Part shown: positions 56,170 to 64,000 of the stretch, piece after piece
How the letters are laid out: the number at the start of each line of letters is the position of its first letter
Numbering within the stretch: position 1 is the stretch's first letter
Translations under genes and position numbers: made by a program
Notes under the pieces: generated by a model
Database searches by the model: none
What the model was told of the DNA's origin: nothing
What the model saw: the letters and a program-made list of their open reading frames with translations, nothing else
NCBI GenBank assembly: GCA_033549025.1
Contig: JAWSUS010000009.1
Span: 1-64,000, forward strand
DNA from: Desulfuromonadales bacterium
Lineage (GTDB): Bacteria; Desulfobacterota; Desulfuromonadia; Desulfuromonadales; SZUA-540
Reading direction: 5' to 3'
Length of the DNA stretch: 64,000 nucleotides

Positions 56170-56763
56170 TCAGCTTCGAGAGTAGAGCACGGCCACGGCC
56201 CGGGTGGGAAGATCGGTGGTGGCAATGTAGCCGTGGGGTTCGGAGGAGTCGTAGTAGACCGAGTCGCCGGGGTTGAGTTGCATGACCTGGTCGCCGTAGC
56301 GGAATTCCAGCTGTCCTTCCAGCAGGAACAAAAACTCCTCACCATCGTGGCTGACCTGCAGATCGTCCCGCCACTGCCGGGCTTCAAATTCCACCACGAA
56401 GGGCTCCAGGTGGCGGTTCTTTTTGCCGTAGGCCAGGGAATGATAGCTGTAGGGAGGGAGCGGGTCGCCCTGCTTGCCCCATTGCCGCAGCTGACGGCTT
56501 TCGCCCGCCCGGACGAGGATGCATTTTTCCGAATCGCTCTCTTCCTGAAAAAAGGTGTGGAGTTCCACCTTGAAGGCTTTGGAGATGCGCAGCAGCGTGG
56601 CCAGCGGCGGAATGACCTGCTCGTTTTCAATCTGGGAAAGCAGGGGCTTGGACAGCCCGGTACCCTCGGCCAGATCCTGCAGAGTCATGCGGCGTTCCTG
56701 GCGCATGCGACGGATCTTCAACCCGATCTGGAGTTCTTTCACCTCGTCCCGGATATTTTCCAT
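56170..56763 (-). CDS. XRE family regulator with cupin domain
   Basis: HTH (MTLQDLAEGTGLSKPLLSQIEN) plus cupin H.GEEF...GDSVYYDS..PH. Confidence 0.9.
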   Translation of the reverse strand: MENIRDEVKELQIGLKIRRMRQERRMTLQDLAEGTGLSKPLLSQIENEQVIPPLATLLRISKAFKVELHTFFQEESDSEKCILVRAGESRQLRQWGKQGDPLPPYSYHSLAYGKKNRHLEPFVVEFEARQWRDDLQVSHDGEEFLFLLEGQLEFRYGDQVMQLNPGDSVYYDSSEPHGYIATTDLPTRAVAVLYSRS

Positions 56764-56910
56764 AGAGCAGTTTACCTCACTGTTTTTGCTGAGATTTTTA
56801 CCCCTTGATTCCCGCTCAAGTCAAGGTATTTGTCATGCTGACGCCCGGGAGGGGCGAGCAGGAACATAAACTCTTACGGCAGCAGGGCCATTTATGTTAC
56901 CCTTGGCGTT

Positions 56911-57693
56911 ATGAAAATGTTCGGAACCCCCTCTAGGAAAACCCTCTGCGCCGCGGCTGACCTCGCCGACGTCCGTGGGATATTCTTTGATCTGGACGGC
57001 ACTCTGCTCGATGTGGAGATGTCTGCCTTCATCCCGGCCTATCTCAAAGGGTTGGCGGCAAGTTTTGCTGATGTGGCGCCGGCGGACAAGCTGGTCGAAG
57101 TGCTGCTGGACACGACCTGGAGTCTGCTGCGTGCCGATGACGGCAGCCGCACCAACGAGGAGGCCTACCTTTTGGCCGTGCAGCAGCAACTGGGTATTCC
57201 CCCCGACCTCTATCGTCATCGCCTGACCGGCTATTTTCGGGAGGGTCTGGCCCCCCTGGAAGAGCATGTACGACCGCTCCCCGTCGCCCGCGATATTCTG
57301 CAGGTCTGCTTTGACAAAGGGTTGACGGTCGCTGTCGCCACTAATCCCGTTTTCCCCCGTCCCGTCGTAGAGGCCCGGCTGGCCTGGGGCGGGCTACTCG
57401 GCTTTCCCTTCCGGCAGGTGACCAGCTACGAAAACAGCCGCTACTGCAAGCCCAATCCTCGCTATTTTACCACTCTTCTGGCGGAGTTGGGGCTGCAGCC
57501 CGGGGAAACAATCATGGTCGGCAATGATACGGAGCACGATCTGGCCGCCCGGCAGGCGGGGATACGCACCTTTCTGGTCGACACCTGGCTGGAGGACAGA
57601 ACCCACAACGGCTTTGTCACCGATTATCGCGGCAGTCACCAGGACCTGCTGGCTTTCGTGGAGGACCTGGGCGAAAAAACTGACAATAATTGA
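56911..57693 (+). CDS. HAD family hydrolase
   Basis: FDLDGTLL, ATNP, KPNP.YF, MVGND..HD. Confidence 0.88.
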   Translation: MKMFGTPSRKTLCAAADLADVRGIFFDLDGTLLDVEMSAFIPAYLKGLAASFADVAPADKLVEVLLDTTWSLLRADDGSRTNEEAYLLAVQQQLGIPPDLYRHRLTGYFREGLAPLEEHVRPLPVARDILQVCFDKGLTVAVATNPVFPRPVVEARLAWGGLLGFPFRQVTSYENSRYCKPNPRYFTTLLAELGLQPGETIMVGNDTEHDLAARQAGIRTFLVDTWLEDRTHNGFVTDYRGSHQDLLAFVEDLGEKTDNN

Positions 57694-57750
57694 CAACATA
57701 CCCGATTTTAGCTAATCTGCCGGAGACTCCTGCTGATGAAAGGAATGATC

Positions 57751-59172
57751 ATGGGGACGATCGGAAGGCTGATTTTTTTCCTGTTTTGCCTCCCCGTGCT
57801 GGCGGGGCTTCTGGTCGCCTGCGGAGAACAGAAAAATGAGACCCGCATCGCGACGTCGGTCCGCGATCAGCAGGCCAAGCCGCCGGTGGAAGAGCCGGCC
57901 CAGGAGCTTCTCTCCACGCAGGCCTCCTTCATTGAAGTCTCGCAGAAAGTCACCCCCTCCGTCGTCAATATCAGCACGGCCCGAACCCGTTCGGCCCAGG
58001 CCCTGCCCCCCTTCTTCGAAGATTTCTTCGGCGAGTTCTTTCGGGGGCATCCCCCGATCCCGCGCAAGGAGCAGAGCCTTGGCTCGGGTGTCATCATCAG
58101 TGCGGACGGATTCATCCTCACCAATGAACATGTCATTCGCGGCGCCGAAGAGATCAAGGTCAAGCTTTCCGACCAGCGCGTCTACGACGGTACGGTGATC
58201 GGTGGCGACCCTCGCACGGATGTAGCTGTGGTGAAAATTGAGCCCGAAGAGGATCTGCCGGCCGCCGTCCTGGGTAATTCGGACGGGCTACAGGTCGGGC
58301 AATGGGCGCTGGCCATCGGCAATCCCTTCGGTCTGGACCGCACCCTGACGGTCGGCGTCATCTCGGCGACCGGCCGCACCAATGTGGGCATCGAGGATTA
58401 CGAAGATTTCATTCAGACCGATGCCTCCATCAATCCCGGGAACTCGGGTGGCCCCCTGCTCAACATCTATGGCGAAGTGGTGGGAATCAACACCGCCATC
58501 GTCGCCTCCGGGCAGGGGATTGGTTTTGCTATTCCGATCAACCTGGCCCGGCTGATCGCCGACCAGTTGATCGAAAAGGGAGAAGTGACCCGCGGCTGGC
58601 TGGGCGTCAGCCTGCAGCCGCTCACGCCGGAGCTGGCCCGGTCCTTTGGTCTGGACAAGGTCGGCGGCGCTCTGGTCAACCAGGTCTTTGATGATTCCCC
58701 GGCGGCTGCGGCCGGCGTGCGGCGTGGCGATATCCTGCTCACCTTTGCCGGCAAGGAAATCCGCGGCGTGCGGGAGTTGCAGCTCCTGGTCGCCAGTACC
58801 CCGGCCGGCAAGACCGAAACACTGGAGGTGCTGCGCGACGGCAAGATCGTCGAGCTGGAGGTCAGACTCGCGGTTCGCGATGAAGAGGCGGCTGCCCCTA
58901 AAGTAAGCGCCGGGCAGAGCCGGGGGCTGGGAATGGTCGTCGCCGCCAACGCCGATGGTCCGGGCGTCAAAGTGGTCCAGGTCGACGAGAATAGCCCCGC
59001 GGCCCAGGCCGGTATCCGCGAAGGGGATGTCGTCCTGACGGTGAATCACGAAGATGTCAACGATGTGGCCGCTTTTGAGCGGTCGGCCAAAAAGATCACG
59101 GAAGGCAAGAACGTGGTTCTGCTCGTACAGCGCGGCGACACCACGCTCTACCTTGCTTTCCCGGCGCCCTGA
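57751..59172 (+). CDS. DegP/DegQ (Do family) serine protease, probable lipoprotein
   Basis: GSGVII, LTNEHV, QTDASINPGNSGG, two PDZ domains, LVAC lipobox; start could be 57736/57745. Confidence 0.92.
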   Translation: MGTIGRLIFFLFCLPVLAGLLVACGEQKNETRIATSVRDQQAKPPVEEPAQELLSTQASFIEVSQKVTPSVVNISTARTRSAQALPPFFEDFFGEFFRGHPPIPRKEQSLGSGVIISADGFILTNEHVIRGAEEIKVKLSDQRVYDGTVIGGDPRTDVAVVKIEPEEDLPAAVLGNSDGLQVGQWALAIGNPFGLDRTLTVGVISATGRTNVGIEDYEDFIQTDASINPGNSGGPLLNIYGEVVGINTAIVASGQGIGFAIPINLARLIADQLIEKGEVTRGWLGVSLQPLTPELARSFGLDKVGGALVNQVFDDSPAAAAGVRRGDILLTFAGKEIRGVRELQLLVASTPAGKTETLEVLRDGKIVELEVRLAVRDEEAAAPKVSAGQSRGLGMVVAANADGPGVKVVQVDENSPAAQAGIREGDVVLTVNHEDVNDVAAFERSAKKITEGKNVVLLVQRGDTTLYLAFPAP

Positions 59173-59235
59173 ATGGATCCGGTGGCACACGGATCGCCCT
59201 GAACTATTATAAAAGTCACTTTTGAGGAGATAGCC

Positions 59236-59505
59236 ATGGCCAGGCTGGTAGAAAACCCGGATCTCGCGTTTCGATTGGCGCGAGCCATCATTTCCGACAT
59301 TGCCCTTTACAATCAGGAAAAGGTCAAGGACGGCATCAAGAACGACAACCTCTTCGACGTTCTCGCTGACGAACTGGCGGAGGGGCGGGAACATTTCCAC
59401 TCCCGGGTCACCCCCGATCTCACCAACCGGGATCACCTCTACGACCGTGCCATTGTCGATGTCATGGTCAAGCAGGCGGGAAAAATCGAAAGTTCTATCT
59501 GGTAG
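59236..59505 (+). CDS. small conserved-looking hypothetical protein
   Basis: GAGGAG RBS; A.RLARAIISDIALYN motif; stop abuts rluD ATG. Confidence 0.78.
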   Translation: MARLVENPDLAFRLARAIISDIALYNQEKVKDGIKNDNLFDVLADELAEGREHFHSRVTPDLTNRDHLYDRAIVDVMVKQAGKIESSIW

Positions 59506-60486
59506 ATGGAAGAACGTCACCAGTTTATCTTCAGTCGCGGCCGGCCGCCCGAACGACTGGACCATTATCTGGCGGAACAGCTTCCCGAGCTGACGCGGTC
59601 CCAACTGAAAAAACTGATCGACGAAGGACGGATAACGCTCAACGGCGCTGCTGCCAAGCCGGGGGGCAAGCTGAAGGGGGGGGAGGAGATTTCCGTCACC
59701 CTGCCGGCGCCCGCCCCATCAGAGGCTATCCCCCAGGAAATTCCCCTGAAGGTCCTTTACGAGGATTCTCATCTGATCGTGATCGACAAACCGGCGGGAT
59801 TAGTGGTCCATCCGGCTCCCGGCCATCAGGAGGGAACCCTGGTCAACGCGCTGCTGCATCACTGCCGTGACCTCGCCGGGATCGGCGGCGAACTGCGTCC
59901 CGGCATTGTCCATCGTCTCGACAAGGACACCTCCGGCGTCATGGTGGCGACCAAGGACGATGAGACCCACCAGAGTCTGGCCGCCCAGTTCAAGGCGCAT
60001 TCTATCTGCCGCCGCTATGTCGCTCTGGTGCACGGCCTGCTCGAGAAGGATCGCGGAACGGTGGACAGGTCCATCGGCCGTCATCCGACCCAGCGCAAGA
60101 AGATGAGCACCCAGGCGCGGTCCGGTCGTCGGGCCGTCACCCACTGGCGGGTCCTTGAGCGGTTTGAACTGGACAGGCTTACCTGGGTGGAGCTGACCCT
60201 GGAGACGGGGCGTACCCATCAGATACGTGTTCACCTCTCCGGGTTGAATTACCCCATCGTCGGTGATCCCGTTTATGGCAGCAGCAGCCGGCTCGCGTCG
60301 TTGCGCGATGACGACTTGCGCAGGCGGATACAGACACTTGGCCGGCAGGCGCTGCATGCCCGTTTGTTGGGCTTCGTCCATCCGGCCAGTGGCGAGTACA
60401 TGGAGTTCGAGAGCGCCCCGCCGGAGGATATGGGCAGTGTCCTCGCCTTTTTGCGAGAAAAACACGGGCACCAAAGCGGGCTCTGA
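59506..60486 (+). CDS. rluD: 23S rRNA pseudouridine synthase RluD
   Basis: S4 domain (RLD.YLA..L...RSQ), RPGIVHRLDKDTSG, LETGRTHQIRVH, QALHA. Confidence 0.9.
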   Translation: MEERHQFIFSRGRPPERLDHYLAEQLPELTRSQLKKLIDEGRITLNGAAAKPGGKLKGGEEISVTLPAPAPSEAIPQEIPLKVLYEDSHLIVIDKPAGLVVHPAPGHQEGTLVNALLHHCRDLAGIGGELRPGIVHRLDKDTSGVMVATKDDETHQSLAAQFKAHSICRRYVALVHGLLEKDRGTVDRSIGRHPTQRKKMSTQARSGRRAVTHWRVLERFELDRLTWVELTLETGRTHQIRVHLSGLNYPIVGDPVYGSSSRLASLRDDDLRRRIQTLGRQALHARLLGFVHPASGEYMEFESAPPEDMGSVLAFLREKHGHQSGL

Positions 60487-60552
60487 TCTGAAACACAGGA
60501 CGTTTATTCAAAAAGCGTCTTATCTTTAAGAAGTTACGGAGACATTCTCATC

Positions 60553-61347
60553 ATGAAACAGGTACGCCAGGGTAAGATCACCTATCTGCAGCCGGCATGG
60601 GCCGAGGGACTCCCCCTTGCGGCCGGCTTTACCACCCGCAACGGCGGGGTCAGCCGGCCACCCTACAACTCCTTGAACCTGGGTTTCAATACGGATGACC
60701 CGGTTTACAATGTCGAGGGCAATCGTTCCAACCTCGCCCGCGCCTTCGATTTGCAGCCGCGTCAGCTGCTGACCGTCAAACAGGTCCATGGTACCGATGT
60801 GCTCATTATCGATGCGCCCAATCCCGATCTCTCCCATTTTCTCACCGTGGAGAGCGATGCGGTGATCACCGACCAGGCCGGCATCATGGTGGGGGTGCTG
60901 GTGGCCGACTGCTATCCCGTCCTGATTTACGACGCCAAACGCAAAGTCGCCGGCGTGGTTCATGTCGGCTGGCGCGGGGCGGCAGCGGGCATCATCGCCA
61001 AGACCATTGGCGCCATGGAAGCCAACTTCGGCTGTCAGGCCGAGAATCTGCTGGCCGCCATTGGTCCCGGTATCGGTGCGCACAAGTATGAGGTGGATCG
61101 TCCCGTGCGTGACGCCTTCCGCCAGGGCTCCGGTTTCTGGGAGGATATTGCCAAGGAAGTGAGTTTGGGCCGCTGGCAGCTCGATTTGAAAAAGAGCTGT
61201 CTGCTTCAACTGGAAAAGGCGGGCGTAAAAAGCGGACAGATCACAGCGGCGCAGGAATGCACCTGTTGTCACCGGGAGCTCTTCTTTTCCTACCGCCGTG
61301 ACAAGGGTGCGACCGGGCGGCAATTGGGTTTCATGCTCATTAAGTGA
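60553..61347 (+). CDS. pgeF: peptidoglycan editing factor / purine nucleoside enzyme PgeF (YfiH)
   Basis: FTTR.GGVS, LNLG, QVHG, ADC.PV, HVGWRG, IGPGI, FFSYRR; follows rluD. Confidence 0.92.
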   Translation: MKQVRQGKITYLQPAWAEGLPLAAGFTTRNGGVSRPPYNSLNLGFNTDDPVYNVEGNRSNLARAFDLQPRQLLTVKQVHGTDVLIIDAPNPDLSHFLTVESDAVITDQAGIMVGVLVADCYPVLIYDAKRKVAGVVHVGWRGAAAGIIAKTIGAMEANFGCQAENLLAAIGPGIGAHKYEVDRPVRDAFRQGSGFWEDIAKEVSLGRWQLDLKKSCLLQLEKAGVKSGQITAAQECTCCHRELFFSYRRDKGATGRQLGFMLIK

Positions 61348-61372
61348 CGGGGCCTTCGCCCCGCCGCATAGT

Positions 61373-61414
61373 AAAAACGAGAAGGGGGAGCGTTATGCGC
61401 TCCCCCTTCTCGTT
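61373..61414. terminator. terminator between convergent genes (T-tract on minus strand)
   Basis: aacgagaagggggagcg/cgctcccccttctcgtt perfect stem. Confidence 0.8.
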
Positions 61415-61420
61415 GGATGA

Positions 61421-61738
61421 CTATTGCCGGTCGCCATGCTCGATTGTCGCCAGCGTTCCCCCCTTGAAGGTGAGAATGCGCATGAAGCTGCCCGCCCCCA
61501 TGTCGTAGACCCACTGCTCAACCACCACCTTGCGGGCGGAGCCGCTGCCGAGAAAGTAATCGAAAACGGTTTCTTCTCCGACAACGTCCTTCATCAACGG
61601 TTTGCCGCATTTCTGCAGGACTTCGATCTTGGTGGCCCCTTCGGAGATAACGTAGCCATCGCAGCGCATACCCGCCGCCACCGCGATGAGGGGAGAAAAA
61701 AGTATCAACAGGACGATAGGGATGGTTGTTTTTTTCAT
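61421..61738 (-). CDS. exported protein, DUF2845-like
   Basis: Signal peptide; MRC....I..G....EVL.KCG.P ... EQWVYD.G......L.F..G.L..I. Confidence 0.8.
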   Translation of the reverse strand: MKKTTIPIVLLILFSPLIAVAAGMRCDGYVISEGATKIEVLQKCGKPLMKDVVGEETVFDYFLGSGSARKVVVEQWVYDMGAGSFMRILTFKGGTLATIEHGDRQ

Positions 61739-61749
61739 TTCCAGTTTCC

Positions 61750-63192
61750 TTATTTGCGCCAGAACGAGGGAAAGAGCAGCACTAGCACAGTGAATATTTC
61801 CAGACGCCCGAGCAGCATGCAGGCTGTCAGGACCAATTTGCCGAAGGGGACGATGTGGGCGTAGTTGTCCACCGGTCCCACCGAGCCGATACCCGGACCG
61901 ATATTGCCCAGGGTGGCCACCACGGAGGCGCCGGCGGAAACCACATCCATCCCTGTTGCCGCCATGAGAAAGGAAGCGAAAACGAAGAGGCCCATGTACA
62001 GGGCGAAAAAGCCCAGAATGGCCTGCATGACCTCACGGTCGACGGGCTTTCCGCCGAGTTTGACAAGGCGGATGGCCCGCGGGTGAATGAGACGGTAGAG
62101 GCCGACCATGGCGTGCTTGAACAGCAGCAGGATACGGGCCACCTTCATGCCGCCGCCGGTGGAGCCGGCACAGCCGCCCACGAACATGAGAAAGAGGAGC
62201 AGATACTGGGAGAGCACAGACCATGTTTCGTAATCGGCGGTACCAAAACCGGTAGTGGTGAGAATGGAAGTGGTCTGAAAGGCGCTGTATCGCAGGTTGT
62301 CGACCAGGGAGGTGTAGACGCTGCCGTGATTGAGAAAGGCAAGAATAACAGTCACGCCGAGAGTCAGGGCGAGGTAGAAGAGGAATTCCTCGTTGCGGTA
62401 GACTTCCCGTAGTTTTCCACGCAGGGCCTGGAAATGCAGGGCAAAGTTGACCCCGGCCAGGAACATGAAGAAGGTGATTACCCAGTCGATGTAGGCGTTG
62501 TCGTAGGCGGCGACCGAGGCGTTGCGGGTGGAGAAGCCTCCCGAGGACAGGGTCGAAAAGGAGTGGGAGAGGGCTTCGTAGAAGTTCATGCCTCCCAGCA
62601 TGAGCAGGCCCGTCTCCACGGAGGTCAACAGCACGTAGACCCCCCACAGCAGCTTGGCCGTATCCTGAATGCGCGGTTTGAGACGGTCCGCCGTGGGGCC
62701 GGGGACTTCGGCCTTGAACAACTGCATGCCGCCGACCCCCAGCATGGGCAGAATGGCCAGAGACATGACGATGATCCCCATGCCGCCGAGCCACTGGGTC
62801 AGCGAGCGCCAGAGGAGAACACTTTGCGGCAGGCCTTCGATGGCCGTCAGAATAGTGGCTCCTGTCGTGGTGAAACCGCTCATGGTTTCGAAGCAGGCGT
62901 CCACCGGGTTGGTGATGGCACCGCTGAAGAGATAGGGCAGGGCCCCGAACAGGGCATAAAAGAGCCAGCCGAAGGTGACCACGGCGAAGCCCTCGCGCAC
63001 GGAGAGCTCTTTTTCCGAGCGGCAGCCGAAAAACATGGCCAGTCCCGAAGCCAGCGTGACCAGCGAGGCCAGGCCGAAAGCGGCGGCAGCCCCGTCGGCG
63101 AAGTAGAAAGAGAAGGGGATGGGAACAAGGATCGCGGCCGATAAAAAGAGCAGCATGGCCCCGAGAATGCGAAAGGTCAGCAGCACGTTCAT
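61750..63192 (-). CDS. trkH: Trk potassium uptake membrane protein
   Basis: FETMSGFTTTG, QWLGGMGI, TTTGF, GGCAGSTGGG.K, GNIGPG, GRLE. Confidence 0.95.
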   Translation of the reverse strand: MNVLLTFRILGAMLLFLSAAILVPIPFSFYFADGAAAAFGLASLVTLASGLAMFFGCRSEKELSVREGFAVVTFGWLFYALFGALPYLFSGAITNPVDACFETMSGFTTTGATILTAIEGLPQSVLLWRSLTQWLGGMGIIVMSLAILPMLGVGGMQLFKAEVPGPTADRLKPRIQDTAKLLWGVYVLLTSVETGLLMLGGMNFYEALSHSFSTLSSGGFSTRNASVAAYDNAYIDWVITFFMFLAGVNFALHFQALRGKLREVYRNEEFLFYLALTLGVTVILAFLNHGSVYTSLVDNLRYSAFQTTSILTTTGFGTADYETWSVLSQYLLLFLMFVGGCAGSTGGGMKVARILLLFKHAMVGLYRLIHPRAIRLVKLGGKPVDREVMQAILGFFALYMGLFVFASFLMAATGMDVVSAGASVVATLGNIGPGIGSVGPVDNYAHIVPFGKLVLTACMLLGRLEIFTVLVLLFPSFWRK

Positions 63193-64000
63193 CTATTCAA
63201 AAAACCTTTCCACCTTGGCGAGGGCGCCGGGGAGGGCGAAGATAACGACGCGGTCTCCCTCTTTGAGCCGGCTTTCGCCGCTGGGGATTTCATAGGTGGT
63301 GCCGCGGACGATGGCGCCGATGATGGCGCCGGTGGGGAAATGTAGATCCTGCAGGGTCTTGTTCTCGATGCCGCTGCCATGCTTGACTTCGATTTCAAGC
63401 ACTTCGGAGTTGCTCCCTTCGACGGTGGCCAGGGAAATGACGCCGCCGCGGCGCACGTATTTGAGAATGGCGCCGGCGGCGGCCAGGCGCGGCGAGACGC
63501 TGGCGTCAAGACCGAGGGTGGGGGCCAGGTTGACCAGTTCTGGGTTGTTGACCAGGGCGAGGGCACGGCGGGCGCCGTGTTTTTTGCACAGCAGCGAACA
63601 GAGGATGTTTGTCTCGTCGTTGTCGGTGACGGCGATGAAGACATCGGCGTTTTCCACGCCCTCGTCGATGAGGGTACGGATATCCGTGCCCTCGGCGTGA
63701 ATAACCATGGTCCGGTCGAGTTTGGCCGAAAGCTTGATGCAGCGATCTTCGTTGCGGTCGACCAGTCGCACATCGAAGCGACGCTTCTCCAGCATCTCGG
63801 CGATGCGCAAACCGATATGGCCGCCGCCCAGAATGAAGATGCGCGGTTTTTTGCTGACCTGGTCCTCTTCCAGCTTGAGCATGTACTGGATGGCCGGCAT
63901 GTCCTTCTGGTGCGCAAAGATGAAAATGCGGTCCCCGGCCTGGATGGTGTCGTCCCCGCGGGGAATGATGGTTTTGTCCCCACGGCTGATGGCCGTGACG
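63193..64000 (-). CDS. trkA: Trk potassium uptake regulatory protein (3' part; 5' end beyond window)
   Basis: RCK_N (GGGHIG, VTDNDETNI) and RCK_C (IP.G...L..GD.V) domains; frame open to the window edge. Confidence 0.92.
   Translation of the reverse strand, partial: VTAISRGDKTIIPRGDDTIQAGDRIFIFAHQKDMPAIQYMLKLEEDQVSKKPRIFILGGGHIGLRIAEMLEKRRFDVRLVDRNEDRCIKLSAKLDRTMVIHAEGTDIRTLIDEGVENADVFIAVTDNDETNILCSLLCKKHGARRALALVNNPELVNLAPTLGLDASVSPRLAAAGAILKYVRRGGVISLATVEGSNSEVLEIEVKHGSGIENKTLQDLHFPTGAIIGAIVRGTTYEIPSGESRLKEGDRVVIFALPGALAKVERFFE

Overview
Mostly core chromosome of a GC-rich anaerobic deltaproteobacterium. Gene order and content suggest Desulfuromonadales (Desulfuromonas/Geobacter-like); this is an inference. 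In order, the window holds: a GNAT/M20 pair; TPR-glpD-pepA; ettA; metX under a SAM-I riboswitch; an Rrf2 regulator; gluQ; rho-rpmE-thyX-prfA-prmC-murA-hisGDBHAF(IE); yqeY-cvpA-mutS2-dnaG-rpoD-tRNA(CAT); nif3, a Zn-ribbon gene and rnpB; a TAXI-TRAP transporter with USP; a long minus-strand block (xre, elbB, stand-alone gltB-like gene, two rubredoxins, lipB, lipA, trxB, nudix, ykgJ, marC, sucA, sucB, lpdA); degP-hyp-rluD-pgeF; and trkAH. The most notable non-obvious signals are five. (1) An AT-rich left edge carries a probable decayed integron-integrase N-terminus and an attI-like site. (2) An unannotated ~80-nt candidate sRNA has its own promoter and terminator and an anti-Shine-Dalgarno loop. 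(3) Two small genes are missing from the ORF track: a 54-aa CxxC..CxxC protein and a second rubredoxin. (4) A palindromic repeat family sits in three his-operon spacers. (5) An atypical GltB has a 4-Cys motif and no adjacent gltD. All protein calls are by motif recognition; no database searches were run.
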